Of a stretch of 55,938 nt of DNA, positions 33,239-42,221 are shown in pieces; within the stretch, counting starts at the first letter, position 1, and the number at the start of each line of letters is the position of its first letter. The DNA comes from Candidatus Parvarchaeota archaeon (GTDB taxonomy: Archaea; Nanobdellota; Nanobdellia; Parvarchaeales; Parvarchaeaceae): contig JAGDXV010000005.1 in assembly GCA_023261805.1 (NCBI GenBank), positions 1 to 55,938 of the forward strand, written 5' to 3'. Position numbers and translations under genes: made by a program. The notes beneath the pieces were generated by a model. It searched no databases, was not told the origin of the DNA, and saw only the letters and a list, made by a program, of their open reading frames with translations.

Positions 33239-34765
33239 TTAGAACTTTATATATTTGTTCAATCCGAATATGTGCGCTATGAAAATAAGATCTTTTCTTT
33301 TGATCGCACCTGAAAGCAATATCAAGAAGAAATATACGATCAGGCCAAAGATCAAAACAAATATCAGATCAAAATGCGTTGGGAATTTCTTATAGAGGAA
33401 CATGTCGATGCCTATCATCACCAGAGATACAGCGAACGTCTTAAGTATAGGTACGACCGGAAGTTTTATGTGGATGTATTTTCTTGTGAATAGCAAGTTG
33501 CTTCCCAAGCCAGCCATCACTATCAGAAAATATGTTATGGCGGCGCCATTTGATGCAAATAGAGGGATTAAAACGGCCGAGGATACAACACCGGTTATGG
33601 CACTTGCGACGGTTGAGTACATAACATACTTTTGTTTTCCTATCGCCCCCAAGACGACCGTTAAGGGGGCAAAGATTGTGGTTATGAGCACGCTAGTAAC
33701 GATTATTATGAAAGGCCAAACAGCACCGAGATATTCAGAGTGATAAAGTATGGTGACTATCGGTGATGCGAAGGCTATGGATCCGAATACGAGTGGGGAT
33801 GTCAAAGCAGTGGCATATCTTACGATGTCTTTTTGTAAAGAGTACAACTTTTCATATTCATTTCTTATGAAGAGTTTCGTTGTGGTGGCGAAGAATGCAC
33901 CACTGATGGCTGCTGCTGGCGCGCTCAGAAGGGAAGCGACTATAAGGGCAGCCCTATAATAGGCGACGTAGCTGACACTTGGAGCTACTGCCCCGAGAAG
34001 TATTATGATAAGATTTGAATAAAGCAGCGAGATGAGAGAACCAGTGTAAGTGAACAGCCCGTATTTTCTTAATTCTTTTATGTCTTCTTCAGGCGGCGCC
34101 GCTTTTGTTTTTATTGGCTTTATTAATCTGTAAACAAGATAAAGAGATATCATTCCTGTGATTATATATATCAACGGGTAGATTTCTATCACTCCAAGAA
34201 GCCCAAGGCCTAAAAATAGCACAGCTATCTGCGCCAGTCGTAAGACATCAAAGGTAAGCTTTGATACGAAAGTGTATTTTAATTTTTGATATCCACTGAA
34301 GATGCTCCTCGAAAATTGACCGGTTAGCGTATAGAAGGTTAATCCAAAGGCGAGTATCTCTAGTAGCAGTTTCAGCTGCGGCTGTTTGTATATTTCCGCT
34401 ATCGGCCCTGCCAGGGCAAACATCACAATCGAAAGGATAATGGAAATTGCGATCATCAGATAAAGATAATGTTCTATTGTCCATTTGAAGTGCTGGTGTT
34501 TTTCAAGGGCCTTGTATTTAGCTGAGCCGTACTGAACTATTCCGTTTATTCCAAATGAAGAGAGCGTCACAAAGGTTGCCCAAATCGTTATAGCCAGAGA
34601 ATAAAGTCCATAGTTGACAGATCCGAGAAATCTTGCCAGAAGAACCCCGACAAAGAAGGTAATAAGATAATCGGCTATCGCCCCCGCGAAAGAGTAGGAT
34701 GCATTGTACGCTATTATGTCTCTCTCCTCATTGATGTCGGTTGATGGCAGTGGCTGTTGTGTCAT
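33239..34765 (-). CDS. Polysaccharide/oligosaccharide flippase (MOP/Wzx-like)
   Basis: 508 aa with ~14 TM segments and two-fold internal symmetry typical of MOP exporters. It sits adjacent to aglB and pgi. Confidence 0.75.
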   Translation of the reverse strand: MTQQPLPSTDINEERDIIAYNASYSFAGAIADYLITFFVGVLLARFLGSVNYGLYSLAITIWATFVTLSSFGINGIVQYGSAKYKALEKHQHFKWTIEHYLYLMIAISIILSIVMFALAGPIAEIYKQPQLKLLLEILAFGLTFYTLTGQFSRSIFSGYQKLKYTFVSKLTFDVLRLAQIAVLFLGLGLLGVIEIYPLIYIITGMISLYLVYRLIKPIKTKAAPPEEDIKELRKYGLFTYTGSLISLLYSNLIIILLGAVAPSVSYVAYYRAALIVASLLSAPAAAISGAFFATTTKLFIRNEYEKLYSLQKDIVRYATALTSPLVFGSIAFASPIVTILYHSEYLGAVWPFIIIVTSVLITTIFAPLTVVLGAIGKQKYVMYSTVASAITGVVSSAVLIPLFASNGAAITYFLIVMAGLGSNLLFTRKYIHIKLPVVPILKTFAVSLVMIGIDMFLYKKFPTHFDLIFVLIFGLIVYFFLILLSGAIKRKDLIFIAHIFGLNKYIKF

Positions 34766-34924
34766 GTGCTATACCCTGTGGCTTTCTGCCGGAAGCTTAG
34801 TTTTCTCATAATGTTAGATGATGTCAATATTTTGCCATTGTCATTATTTATGTTTTTAATCGTCTTTTTTTGAATCTGTGCTTCCTTCTCGCACTTTATA
34901 AATTAGTATGGTATTTAGTCTTTC

Positions 34925-35254
34925 ATGTATGATACAACCCTGCTGATCGTGCTGATAAGCTTGAGCATAATAGTAAGTTATTTCATAGGTGAATCAGCAG
35001 AAGAGGAGCTGGAGGAACTACCGAAGAAATTCTCAAGTATTTTTGGATTATGGTATATTCTGGGGGAGATCATTATTTTCATCGCTGTCGCAAGGTTGAT
35101 TCACCCTTTTATTTATGTTGTTTCCGGGGCGATGATAATCGCTAATTTGTTCTTTGCTGCTGCATTTTCTTCAAGAAATAGCGATCTTCAGAAATTGATT
35201 GAATATGCAGTCATCTTTATTGTATTGACGACTACGATCTACATTTTGATATGA
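34925..35254 (+). CDS. Small membrane protein (3 TM)
   Basis: Hydrophobic 109-aa ORF with a 4-nt overlap with the downstream GTPase gene. Confidence 0.6.
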   Translation: MYDTTLLIVLISLSIIVSYFIGESAEEELEELPKKFSSIFGLWYILGEIIIFIAVARLIHPFIYVVSGAMIIANLFFAAAFSSRNSDLQKLIEYAVIFIVLTTTIYILI

Positions 35255-36393
35255 AAATTGGAGTGATAGGCAGGACCAATGTTGGTAAGAGTACTTTGTT
35301 CAAAGCTATGACTCTTGAGGAGGTGGAGATAGCTGACAGGCCATTCACGACAATAGATCCAAATAGAGGGATCGCTTACGTCAAGTATCCTTGTCCAGAG
35401 AAAGAGTTCAATGTCAAATGCAACCCTCACAATGCTCCTTGTGTCGATGGAACAAGGTTTGTACCCTTCGATTTGATAGACGTTGCTGGCCTTATAGAGG
35501 GAGCTCACGAGGGAAAGGGCCTTGGAAATAAGTTTTTGAGTGATGCGATGGAGGCGGATGCTTTGATAGAGGTGATAGACATCTCGGGCAGAAGCGATAA
35601 AGGCGGCAATCCAACGGAGGGATACGATCCTGCTGAGGATATACGGATGGTCGATGAGGAAATACTCCTTTGGTTAAGCTCATTGATCATGAAGATAAAG
35701 CCGAGAGACACGCTCGCTAATGAAATATACAAAACATTGTCTGGCCTTAAATTCAGATTTGAGACGATAAATGAGGCAATAAATGAGCTGGGAGTGAACC
35801 AGATCAACGCGGAGAATGCAAGAAAGCTGAGCAAATTCATTCTCACTCACGACAAGCCAATGATAATCGCTGGAAATAAGATGGATCTTCTTGATAAAGA
35901 GGAAGCTGAAAAAAGGGCGAAGAGGCTATCAGATATGTTCAATGTCCCAGTCATCCTCTGTTCAGCGGCAGCAGAACTTGCATTGAGGGAGGCTGAGAAG
36001 AATGGTTTCATAAGATACAGGCCACCGGCAGATATAACCGCGATAAAGCAGATGAACGAAGGTCAAACGGCGGCGATAAATACAATAAAAAAGATAATAG
36101 GAAAGTTTGGCAGCACAGGTGTCGATAACCTGATAAATACCTTGCTTTTTTCCGTTCTTGGTGCAAAAATAGTCTTTCCAGTTGAGGATGAGAGAAAGTT
36201 GAGTGATAAAAGGGGAAACGTTCTTCCAGATGCCTACTTGCTTGAGAAGAATGCAACAGCCAAGGATCTTGCGGAAAAGGTACATACAGAGGTAGCAGCC
36301 AACTATAAAGGCGCAATAGACTGCCGTACAGGCCTGAAGATCAAAAATGAGCAGCCATTGAAGAATGGAGATATAATAAAGATTCTGGTATGA
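35251..36393 (+). CDS. OBG-family GTPase with C-terminal TGS domain (YchF/DRG-like)
   Basis: G1 GRTNVGKSTLF, G3 DVAGLIEGAHEGKGLGN, G4 NKMD, and a C-terminal TGS-like LKNGDIIKILV. Confidence 0.85.
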   Translation: MKIGVIGRTNVGKSTLFKAMTLEEVEIADRPFTTIDPNRGIAYVKYPCPEKEFNVKCNPHNAPCVDGTRFVPFDLIDVAGLIEGAHEGKGLGNKFLSDAMEADALIEVIDISGRSDKGGNPTEGYDPAEDIRMVDEEILLWLSSLIMKIKPRDTLANEIYKTLSGLKFRFETINEAINELGVNQINAENARKLSKFILTHDKPMIIAGNKMDLLDKEEAEKRAKRLSDMFNVPVILCSAAAELALREAEKNGFIRYRPPADITAIKQMNEGQTAAINTIKKIIGKFGSTGVDNLINTLLFSVLGAKIVFPVEDERKLSDKRGNVLPDAYLLEKNATAKDLAEKVHTEVAANYKGAIDCRTGLKIKNEQPLKNGDIIKILV

Positions 36394-37175
36394 ACAATAC
36401 AAAGATTTTTTTGAAAAATGAGGAGATAATGAGGAAGATAATAAGGGCGGCGGAACTTGACAAATCAAGCAGTATTGTTTGGGAGATAGGTGCCGGAGAT
36501 GGAAGACTCACAAGATTCATAGCCGAGGCCGCAAAGAAAGTTTACGCTGTGGAGAAGGACATTTTTTGGCTTGACGCGGCGAAGAGCAGACTGTCGGGCT
36601 TTGACAACATCACTTTCATTCAGGGCGATGCACTTAAGATTGACATATCTGATGATGTAAATAGAATAATATCAAATCTTCCCTATGCGATATCTTCCCC
36701 GATAACTGAAAGAATTCTATATTTTATGAACAAACACCAGGATTCTTTTGCAGTGCTCATGTACCAGAAGGAGTTTGCGGACAGGATGCTTGCTTTTCCG
36801 GGTTTGCATGAGTATTCCATGCTCTCTGTTTTTGTTCAGTATCTTTGTACTGTCGAGAAGATAGCCGATGTCAGCAGGGTTAACTTCAAGCCGATGCCGG
36901 AGGTGGATTCAAGCATCGTCAGATTAAAGCCGAAGAACGTGGAAATAGATGAATCTTTTCTTGGTCTTTCTAGGCTTCTCTTTCAGCACAAAAACAAGAA
37001 CCTATACAGTGCGATAATTGATAGCAGGCACAAGTTAGGTATAAAGTCAAAGGAGGGCATCAGGGAGAAGATAAGTGGGATGGATGAAAGTTTATTAAAT
37101 AAGAAAGTATTCTCTTTGGGGATAGATGATCTGTTTAGAGTTTACACTGATCTCAAGAAGAGGAAGATATGGTAG
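36390..37175 (+). CDS. ksgA: 16S rRNA (adenine-N6,N6)-dimethyltransferase KsgA/Dim1
   Basis: EIGAGDGRLT (SAM motif) and SNLPYAISSPI. Confidence 0.9.
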   Translation: MNNTKIFLKNEEIMRKIIRAAELDKSSSIVWEIGAGDGRLTRFIAEAAKKVYAVEKDIFWLDAAKSRLSGFDNITFIQGDALKIDISDDVNRIISNLPYAISSPITERILYFMNKHQDSFAVLMYQKEFADRMLAFPGLHEYSMLSVFVQYLCTVEKIADVSRVNFKPMPEVDSSIVRLKPKNVEIDESFLGLSRLLFQHKNKNLYSAIIDSRHKLGIKSKEGIREKISGMDESLLNKKVFSLGIDDLFRVYTDLKKRKIW

Positions 37176-37906
37176 AAAGAAAGGTTAGGGTTGTCAAAAG
37201 GCATAGGAAAATCAGGTTTGGTATCTCTTTCCGAAACTTCTCCCAAAGGTTCACCATGAGAGAAGTCAGGGATATCCTAATCGCTTGGCTGATCCTGTCG
37301 CTTACCTTCGCCTATGCTATTTATGTTGACACGGGCGCAAAGTTGTCAGCTTTCATTTTGATCTTGACAGCCTCTTTCATCGCGATAGCTTGCGGTTTTA
37401 TAATGCATGAGCTGATGCATAAGTTCAAGGCGCAGGAGTACGGCTATGATGCAGCGTTCAGGCTTTGGCCTTTTGGTATACTCCTCGCCGTCATCACATC
37501 CCTTTTCGGTTTCGTCTTTGCAGCGCCAGGTGCGACATATTTTGAGCCGGATCCAAGGGAGCCGATACTCGATCCACAGGGCTTTGTGAAAAGGTACGGA
37601 GATATCTCTCTTGCCGGTCCGAAGATAAATCTGATATTTGGAGGAATTTTTCTTGTTCTCTTTCTGATAGCTCTGATTTTTATGCCTGTATCAGTTATAA
37701 CTTATACACTGCTTTCCATCACAGGAATAGCCGGTTACATCAACTTTTTCTTGGCAGCCTTCAATCTCCTTCCAATACTGCCGCTCGACGGTGCCAAGGT
37801 ATTTAATTGGGATAAGGAAAAATGGGCTATCTATTTTGGGGTCTCAGTTCTTATGACTGCACTTGTGATCATTGGGATCATACCGATGCTCAGTTTTGTG
37901 CCGTGA
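37169..37906 (+). CDS. Site-2 protease family (M50) membrane metalloprotease
   Basis: HELMHK (HExxH) lies in a TM segment, with NLLPILPLDG (LDG motif) downstream. Confidence 0.85.
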   Translation: MVERKVRVVKRHRKIRFGISFRNFSQRFTMREVRDILIAWLILSLTFAYAIYVDTGAKLSAFILILTASFIAIACGFIMHELMHKFKAQEYGYDAAFRLWPFGILLAVITSLFGFVFAAPGATYFEPDPREPILDPQGFVKRYGDISLAGPKINLIFGGIFLVLFLIALIFMPVSVITYTLLSITGIAGYINFFLAAFNLLPILPLDGAKVFNWDKEKWAIYFGVSVLMTALVIIGIIPMLSFVP

Positions 37907-37949
37907 TTTTAGAAGGCTTTTAAAGCTCCAGCGACTAATCCTAGATGAT

Positions 37950-38645
37950 ATGACCTCTTATATAATTCATACAAAGCCGAAGGAAGGAAGTTATTTGATA
38001 GTTGCCTTCCCGACGGTTGGTTATATTTCCATCCTTGCGGTTAATTATCTAATACACAAAAAACTCGTGAAAGAGGTCGGATATATTGACCTTGAGGTTC
38101 CAGAGCAGCTGGCAGTCATAGACGAAGGCAAGATAACGTATCCTATCAGAATATTTGAGGGGGAGCATGGGATATTCGTAACGACCCAGTTTCCAGTGGA
38201 TCTAAAATTTGTGAAAGAGATCACGGATACGATAGTTGACATCTACAATAAGACAAAATCCAAAGCGATAATAACCTTGGATGCAATAAATGCAGCCGAG
38301 GAGAAGAAGGAAAGCGGACTATTTTACGTGGCAAATAAGTTCGATGTAAATATAAAGGGCGCTACTTCCTTGAATGAGGGGGTCATGCTCGGTTTGAATG
38401 CAAGCATAGCTTTGGAGGCCAGGAAAAAAGGGCTTCCTTTCCTTGCTTTGATGGCAGAGACTCACACGAGCATACCGGATGGTGATGCGGCTTCCAAGCT
38501 TATCGACGGTCTGAATCAGATAACAAAGATAAATGTCGACACAGCGGAATTAGTAGAGGAGTATAAGACGGTTCTTTCCAGTCTGAACAAACTGATAGAA
38601 AGGGCCAAATCGACGCAGGAAAAGAAAAGTGAGATGTACGGTTGA
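37950..38645 (+). CDS. Proteasome assembly chaperone (PAC2/PbaA-like) family protein
   Basis: LIVAFPTVGYISILAVNYLI and the overall pattern fit the PAC2 family. I start at the internal Met (MTSYIIH), with CTTTTAAAG ~28 nt upstream. The longer ORF overlaps the S2P gene. Confidence 0.65.
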   Translation: MTSYIIHTKPKEGSYLIVAFPTVGYISILAVNYLIHKKLVKEVGYIDLEVPEQLAVIDEGKITYPIRIFEGEHGIFVTTQFPVDLKFVKEITDTIVDIYNKTKSKAIITLDAINAAEEKKESGLFYVANKFDVNIKGATSLNEGVMLGLNASIALEARKKGLPFLALMAETHTSIPDGDAASKLIDGLNQITKINVDTAELVEEYKTVLSSLNKLIERAKSTQEKKSEMYG

Positions 38646-38646
38646 T

Positions 38647-39051
38647 TCAGATCTCTTCAGGCTTTGATGCGATTTCTTTAAGGTAATTTGATATATTTGT
38701 GTCCATGAAGGTTGTCGAATAAGCGATGATGTCCTCGGCTTTTACCCATTTGTAGGTCTGGAACCTCGCCGCGACGTTCGGCTCTCCACCGACGTAATCG
38801 ACCACATATACTACATAGTTCAGCTTTGGATTCTCGCTTGGCACGTACTTGAATATCTCTTTTCTTAAGGAATAATTTATTCCGAATTCCCGGAGTAGAT
38901 CGTTTATCGCTTTTCTTGGGCTCTCGTTTTCCTCAAGCTCTACAAATGGAAAGACCCATGTTGATCTGGGAAGAGCCTTGTCTAAGTCCTTCAATTTAAC
39001 CAGAAGAACCTCCTTGTCTCTGAGGATTATCACACTTGCTCTCCTGTTCAT
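38647..39051 (-). CDS. Nudix-fold protein with a degenerate Nudix box
   Basis: ASVIILRDKEVLLVK...WVFPFVELEENESPRKAINDLLREFGI is collinear with GX5EX7REUXEEXGU, but the REx2EE core reads NDLLRE. Confidence 0.55.
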   Translation of the reverse strand: MNRRASVIILRDKEVLLVKLKDLDKALPRSTWVFPFVELEENESPRKAINDLLREFGINYSLRKEIFKYVPSENPKLNYVVYVVDYVGGEPNVAARFQTYKWVKAEDIIAYSTTFMDTNISNYLKEIASKPEEI

Positions 39052-39082
39052 ATGAAATTAAAGGAATCCACCCAATAAAAAT

Positions 39083-39511
39083 CTATTTTTTATCGCTCAT
39101 CTTACTTTTAAGTTCCTGGTTCTCTTTCGCAAGCAATACATTGCTTGCAGAATAGATCTTTATCTTTTGATCCAGCTCATTTAATCTTCCTGACAAATCG
39201 TTCAGCATGGTCTGCAGATCAACCATTTCCATCGTAACTTTTTCCGGCTCTAATATCTCTATGCTTGATGGAGCGTAGTCCAAGACAAAATTGAATATCG
39301 AATCTAAATCCCCGCTGATATCGAATTTAACGTAAGCCGAGAAGAAATCGTTTTCCATTGCCTTCGGCTCGCTATACTCCTCATTTGAAACCTCGAGCTT
39401 TTTACCATTTTCTTCCAGATTTTGAATGATCTTTTTGAGGGCATCCACAGCGGCTTCCTTTGGCCTTGCAAGCACCTCAAGTATACATCTCGCTTTTATA
39501 GTTTCTTCCAT
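39083..39511 (-). CDS. Hypothetical protein with C-terminal coiled coil
   Basis: 142-aa ORF with no recognisable motif. Confidence 0.6.
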   Translation of the reverse strand: MEETIKARCILEVLARPKEAAVDALKKIIQNLEENGKKLEVSNEEYSEPKAMENDFFSAYVKFDISGDLDSIFNFVLDYAPSSIEILEPEKVTMEMVDLQTMLNDLSGRLNELDQKIKIYSASNVLLAKENQELKSKMSDKK

Positions 39512-39548
39512 ACTTTTTTCTATTTTTGATCTTATTTAACCTTGACTG

Positions 39549-39619
39549 TGCGGCCGCCGGGATTCGGACCCGGGTTCATGGCTTGGGAAGCCATTGTTAT
39601 ACCACTAGACTACAGCCGC
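39549..39619 (-). tRNA. tRNA-Gly (anticodon CCC)
   Basis: Minus strand: acceptor GCGGCTG/CGGCCGC (one G-U pair), anticodon stem ATGGC/GCCAT with loop TTCCCAA, T arm CCGGG-TCCGAAT-CCCGG, discriminator A73. The D stem has only two Watson-Crick pairs. Confidence 0.78.
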
Positions 39620-39661
39620 TGATACAAAAGTATATAAATACACCATGGTTTTAAATTTAAT

Positions 39662-40078
39662 ATGTTATTCGGAAAAAAGAAAGAAGAAAATGTGAATCCT
39701 TTTTACAGCAATCAACAGCCTGCTCAGGATAATCAGGCGGCTGCACCACCTTTCCCTACCCCTACTTTACCGATGCCGGAGCCTCTGGCTCCCCCGGATG
39801 TTTCATTGAAACCGGCGGTTTCCCAACCGCAGAAGCAGGATGTTTCTGTTCCTTTGGGGAAATCGGTTGCCTTTATAAGATTGAGTGATTATAAGCAGGT
39901 GCTTGATGATATAAAAACTCTGCAGACACAGATAGCAAGGTCTAAGGACGATCTTGAAAGGCTTGCCAAGCTAATACAGGATGAGCAGGAAGCTACTAAG
40001 AATTATATTGCCTTAGCGGATGGTTTAAATAAGATTGTTTCTGATCTTTACAACTCGCTTTCAAATGTTCAAGAGTGA
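39662..40078 (+). CDS. Hypothetical protein: Pro/Gln-rich N-terminus plus C-terminal coiled coil
   Basis: 138-aa ORF that ends 3 nt before the tRNA-binding protein gene. Confidence 0.6.
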   Translation: MLFGKKKEENVNPFYSNQQPAQDNQAAAPPFPTPTLPMPEPLAPPDVSLKPAVSQPQKQDVSVPLGKSVAFIRLSDYKQVLDDIKTLQTQIARSKDDLERLAKLIQDEQEATKNYIALADGLNKIVSDLYNSLSNVQE

Positions 40079-40081
40079 AAG

Positions 40082-40408
40082 ATGGATGAGATAGACATAA
40101 CTGACTTTAGAAAGGCTTCTTTGCGTGTCGGTAAGATCATAGATGCGCAGGAAATAGAAGGGAGCGAAAAGCTGCTTAAACTAACTGTTGATCTGAAGAG
40201 CTCAAAAAGGCAGGTTATAGCCGGGATAAAGCAGTTCTATAAACCTTCGGATCTCATAGGAAAGAAGGTCATAGTTGTTTTCAATCTTAAGCCGAAGAAT
40301 ATCATGGGATACGAATCGCAGGGGATGATACTTGCTGCCAGTAATGAAAACCAGATCTCCCTTCTTACTCCGGATAAGGATATCGAAGAAGGCAGTGAGA
40401 TCTTCTGA
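40082..40408 (+). CDS. tRNA-binding domain protein (Trbp111/CsaA/EMAP-II-like OB fold)
   Basis: RVGKIIDAQEIEGSEKLLKLTVDL....QVIAGIKQFYKPSDLIGKKVIVVFNLKPKNIMGYESQGMILAA matches the typical Trbp111 pattern. Confidence 0.85.
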   Translation: MDEIDITDFRKASLRVGKIIDAQEIEGSEKLLKLTVDLKSSKRQVIAGIKQFYKPSDLIGKKVIVVFNLKPKNIMGYESQGMILAASNENQISLLTPDKDIEEGSEIF

Positions 40409-40412
40409 TTCT

Positions 40413-42173
40413 TCAGGCCAGTCTGAACGATTTGATCTCTTCTAAGAGATTTTCATCTGTTACTTTGATGTCCTCCGGAAGATATTTTCTTAACAGCCCG
40501 GATTGAAACCTGTAGTCCATGAGAACGATAACCGCTCTGTCCTTCTCCGATCTTATCGCTCTTCCCGCGGCTTGCATTGTCTTTATCATCGCCGGCAGAA
40601 CCTGTGCATACTCGAATCCGTTTCCAAATTTCTTTTGGTAGTATTCCTGAAGAGCCTTCAACTTGAGGGAAGGCGGTTCGAATGGGACCCCAACAATTAC
40701 GATCAGCTTGACTGCCTTGTTGTTTAGATCTATACTTTCAGAGAAGCTTCCCCCGATAACCGCAAATAGCATGTTCCTCTGCGAATTGAGTTTAGATAGG
40801 AGCTCCGCCTGTTTTTCCCTGCTCATATTTTGCTCCTCTATAAGCAGTCCAGACCTGTCCTTGATCTTTGAGACCACCGAAGACATGAATTCATAGGAAG
40901 GAAAAAATACAACCGAGCCGTATTCGAAGTTATTCTTGATCTCCTCTAATTTTTCAGCTATCTTTATTGAGAATTCCCCTCTGCTAGAGAATTTTGATGT
41001 AGCAGAAACGTCGTTTATTATGTACCTATTTTCAGCTGGAAAGTGGTTCTCAACAGACAACTTTTTGCAGTCAGGTATTCCGAGTATATTTGAGAACATT
41101 TCCATTGGCTTGAGTGTCCCGCTTATGAGAATAGAGGAGGAGAAATCGTTCAGTATCTCAGCGGAATATTTTGAGGGATCAAGCGAATCTATGTGAATCC
41201 TGCTCCTTCCATTTTCATTTGTGATGTATTCTATATACGAATCATCGGCTTCTATCGCTTTGTTTATGAAATTTTTAAGGTAAAGTGAATAAGGTACATT
41301 TACCGTGCTTTCATTTCTTTTGATGATTTCATCAACGATCATTTCATCATCAGCATCAAAAATTTCTTTCAGGTTTATCTTTTTTTCTTCACCGCTCTTT
41401 TTTGCATAGGATATGATGGTCTTCAGCTTTCTGGCTAGTTCCTGGTTATAAATCGCCACCTCTTCGTATGCCTTTTCTATCGTTTTGATAGAAAGCGAGA
41501 TAGAATTCATCTCAGTTATCCTTGAGGGAAGATTGTGAGCCTCATCCACTATGAGAACTGTGTTCTCAGGATCTATACCGGTTTTTGATGAAAAGGATGG
41601 GAAAATAGAGGGATTGAAAACGTGTGAATAATTTGCCACGATCACATCAGAATTTCTAGCCCCTATGATTGAGAGTTCATATGGACATAGAGTATAGAGC
41701 CTTCCTGCTTCCATCGCTTCCTCCGGTCTAGATATCCCGGCTCGCATCGCCATGCTCGCTATCGATGAAGGCTTTCCTTGAAAATATGTTCTTTCATAGA
41801 ATCTGCACATTCCTCTCTCTTTGACTGTCCTGCAGAATTCATTAAATATACTCCCTTCCACTGCATTTTCAAAGAGACACATCGTGCTTTTCCCGTTTAT
41901 TCCCATGTATTTTATTTTGGTCGAGGAATTTTTTGAGATCCTTTCAATAGTGTCGTAAACTATTTTTTGATGCGTATGCCTTGATGTCAGCAACAGTACC
42001 TTCTTTTTATCTGGCATGGTTTCATTTAAAGCCGCAAACAGTACCGCAACAGTCTTTCCAAAACCAGTCGGGGCTTGAATCATCAGATTTTCATGCCCTT
42101 TTATCGATTCTCTTACCTCCTTTATTATTTCCTCTTGTCCCTTTCTCAATTTTTCAAATGGAAACTTTAACAT
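40413..42173 (-). CDS. xpd: XPD/Rad3-family Fe-S DNA helicase
   Basis: QAPTGFGKT (motif I), VDEAHNL (DEAH), four Cys between motifs Ia and II (MCLFEN, FCRTV, MCRFYE, LCPYEL), and QAAGRAIRS (motif VI). Confidence 0.9.
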   Translation of the reverse strand: MLKFPFEKLRKGQEEIIKEVRESIKGHENLMIQAPTGFGKTVAVLFAALNETMPDKKKVLLLTSRHTHQKIVYDTIERISKNSSTKIKYMGINGKSTMCLFENAVEGSIFNEFCRTVKERGMCRFYERTYFQGKPSSIASMAMRAGISRPEEAMEAGRLYTLCPYELSIIGARNSDVIVANYSHVFNPSIFPSFSSKTGIDPENTVLIVDEAHNLPSRITEMNSISLSIKTIEKAYEEVAIYNQELARKLKTIISYAKKSGEEKKINLKEIFDADDEMIVDEIIKRNESTVNVPYSLYLKNFINKAIEADDSYIEYITNENGRSRIHIDSLDPSKYSAEILNDFSSSILISGTLKPMEMFSNILGIPDCKKLSVENHFPAENRYIINDVSATSKFSSRGEFSIKIAEKLEEIKNNFEYGSVVFFPSYEFMSSVVSKIKDRSGLLIEEQNMSREKQAELLSKLNSQRNMLFAVIGGSFSESIDLNNKAVKLIVIVGVPFEPPSLKLKALQEYYQKKFGNGFEYAQVLPAMIKTMQAAGRAIRSEKDRAVIVLMDYRFQSGLLRKYLPEDIKVTDENLLEEIKSFRLA

Positions 42174-42221
42174 TCATGTCCTCCAGGAATGCTTTTGAAC
42201 AAACCTTCTCAAAAGCGGACC

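Noticed and set aside
34766-34924. Possible C/D-box sRNA or micro-ORF in the 159-nt flippase upstream spacer (contains AGATGATGT)
   Set aside because: There is no matching D box (CUGA) at the right distance and no terminal stem. The 19-codon ORF has no support. The spacer is most simply a divergent promoter region.
35962-36468. 168-aa and 102-aa minus-strand ORFs
   Set aside because: They are antisense to the 3' end of the GTPase gene and the start of ksgA, both of which have strong motif support. They are Cys/Leu-rich nonsense.
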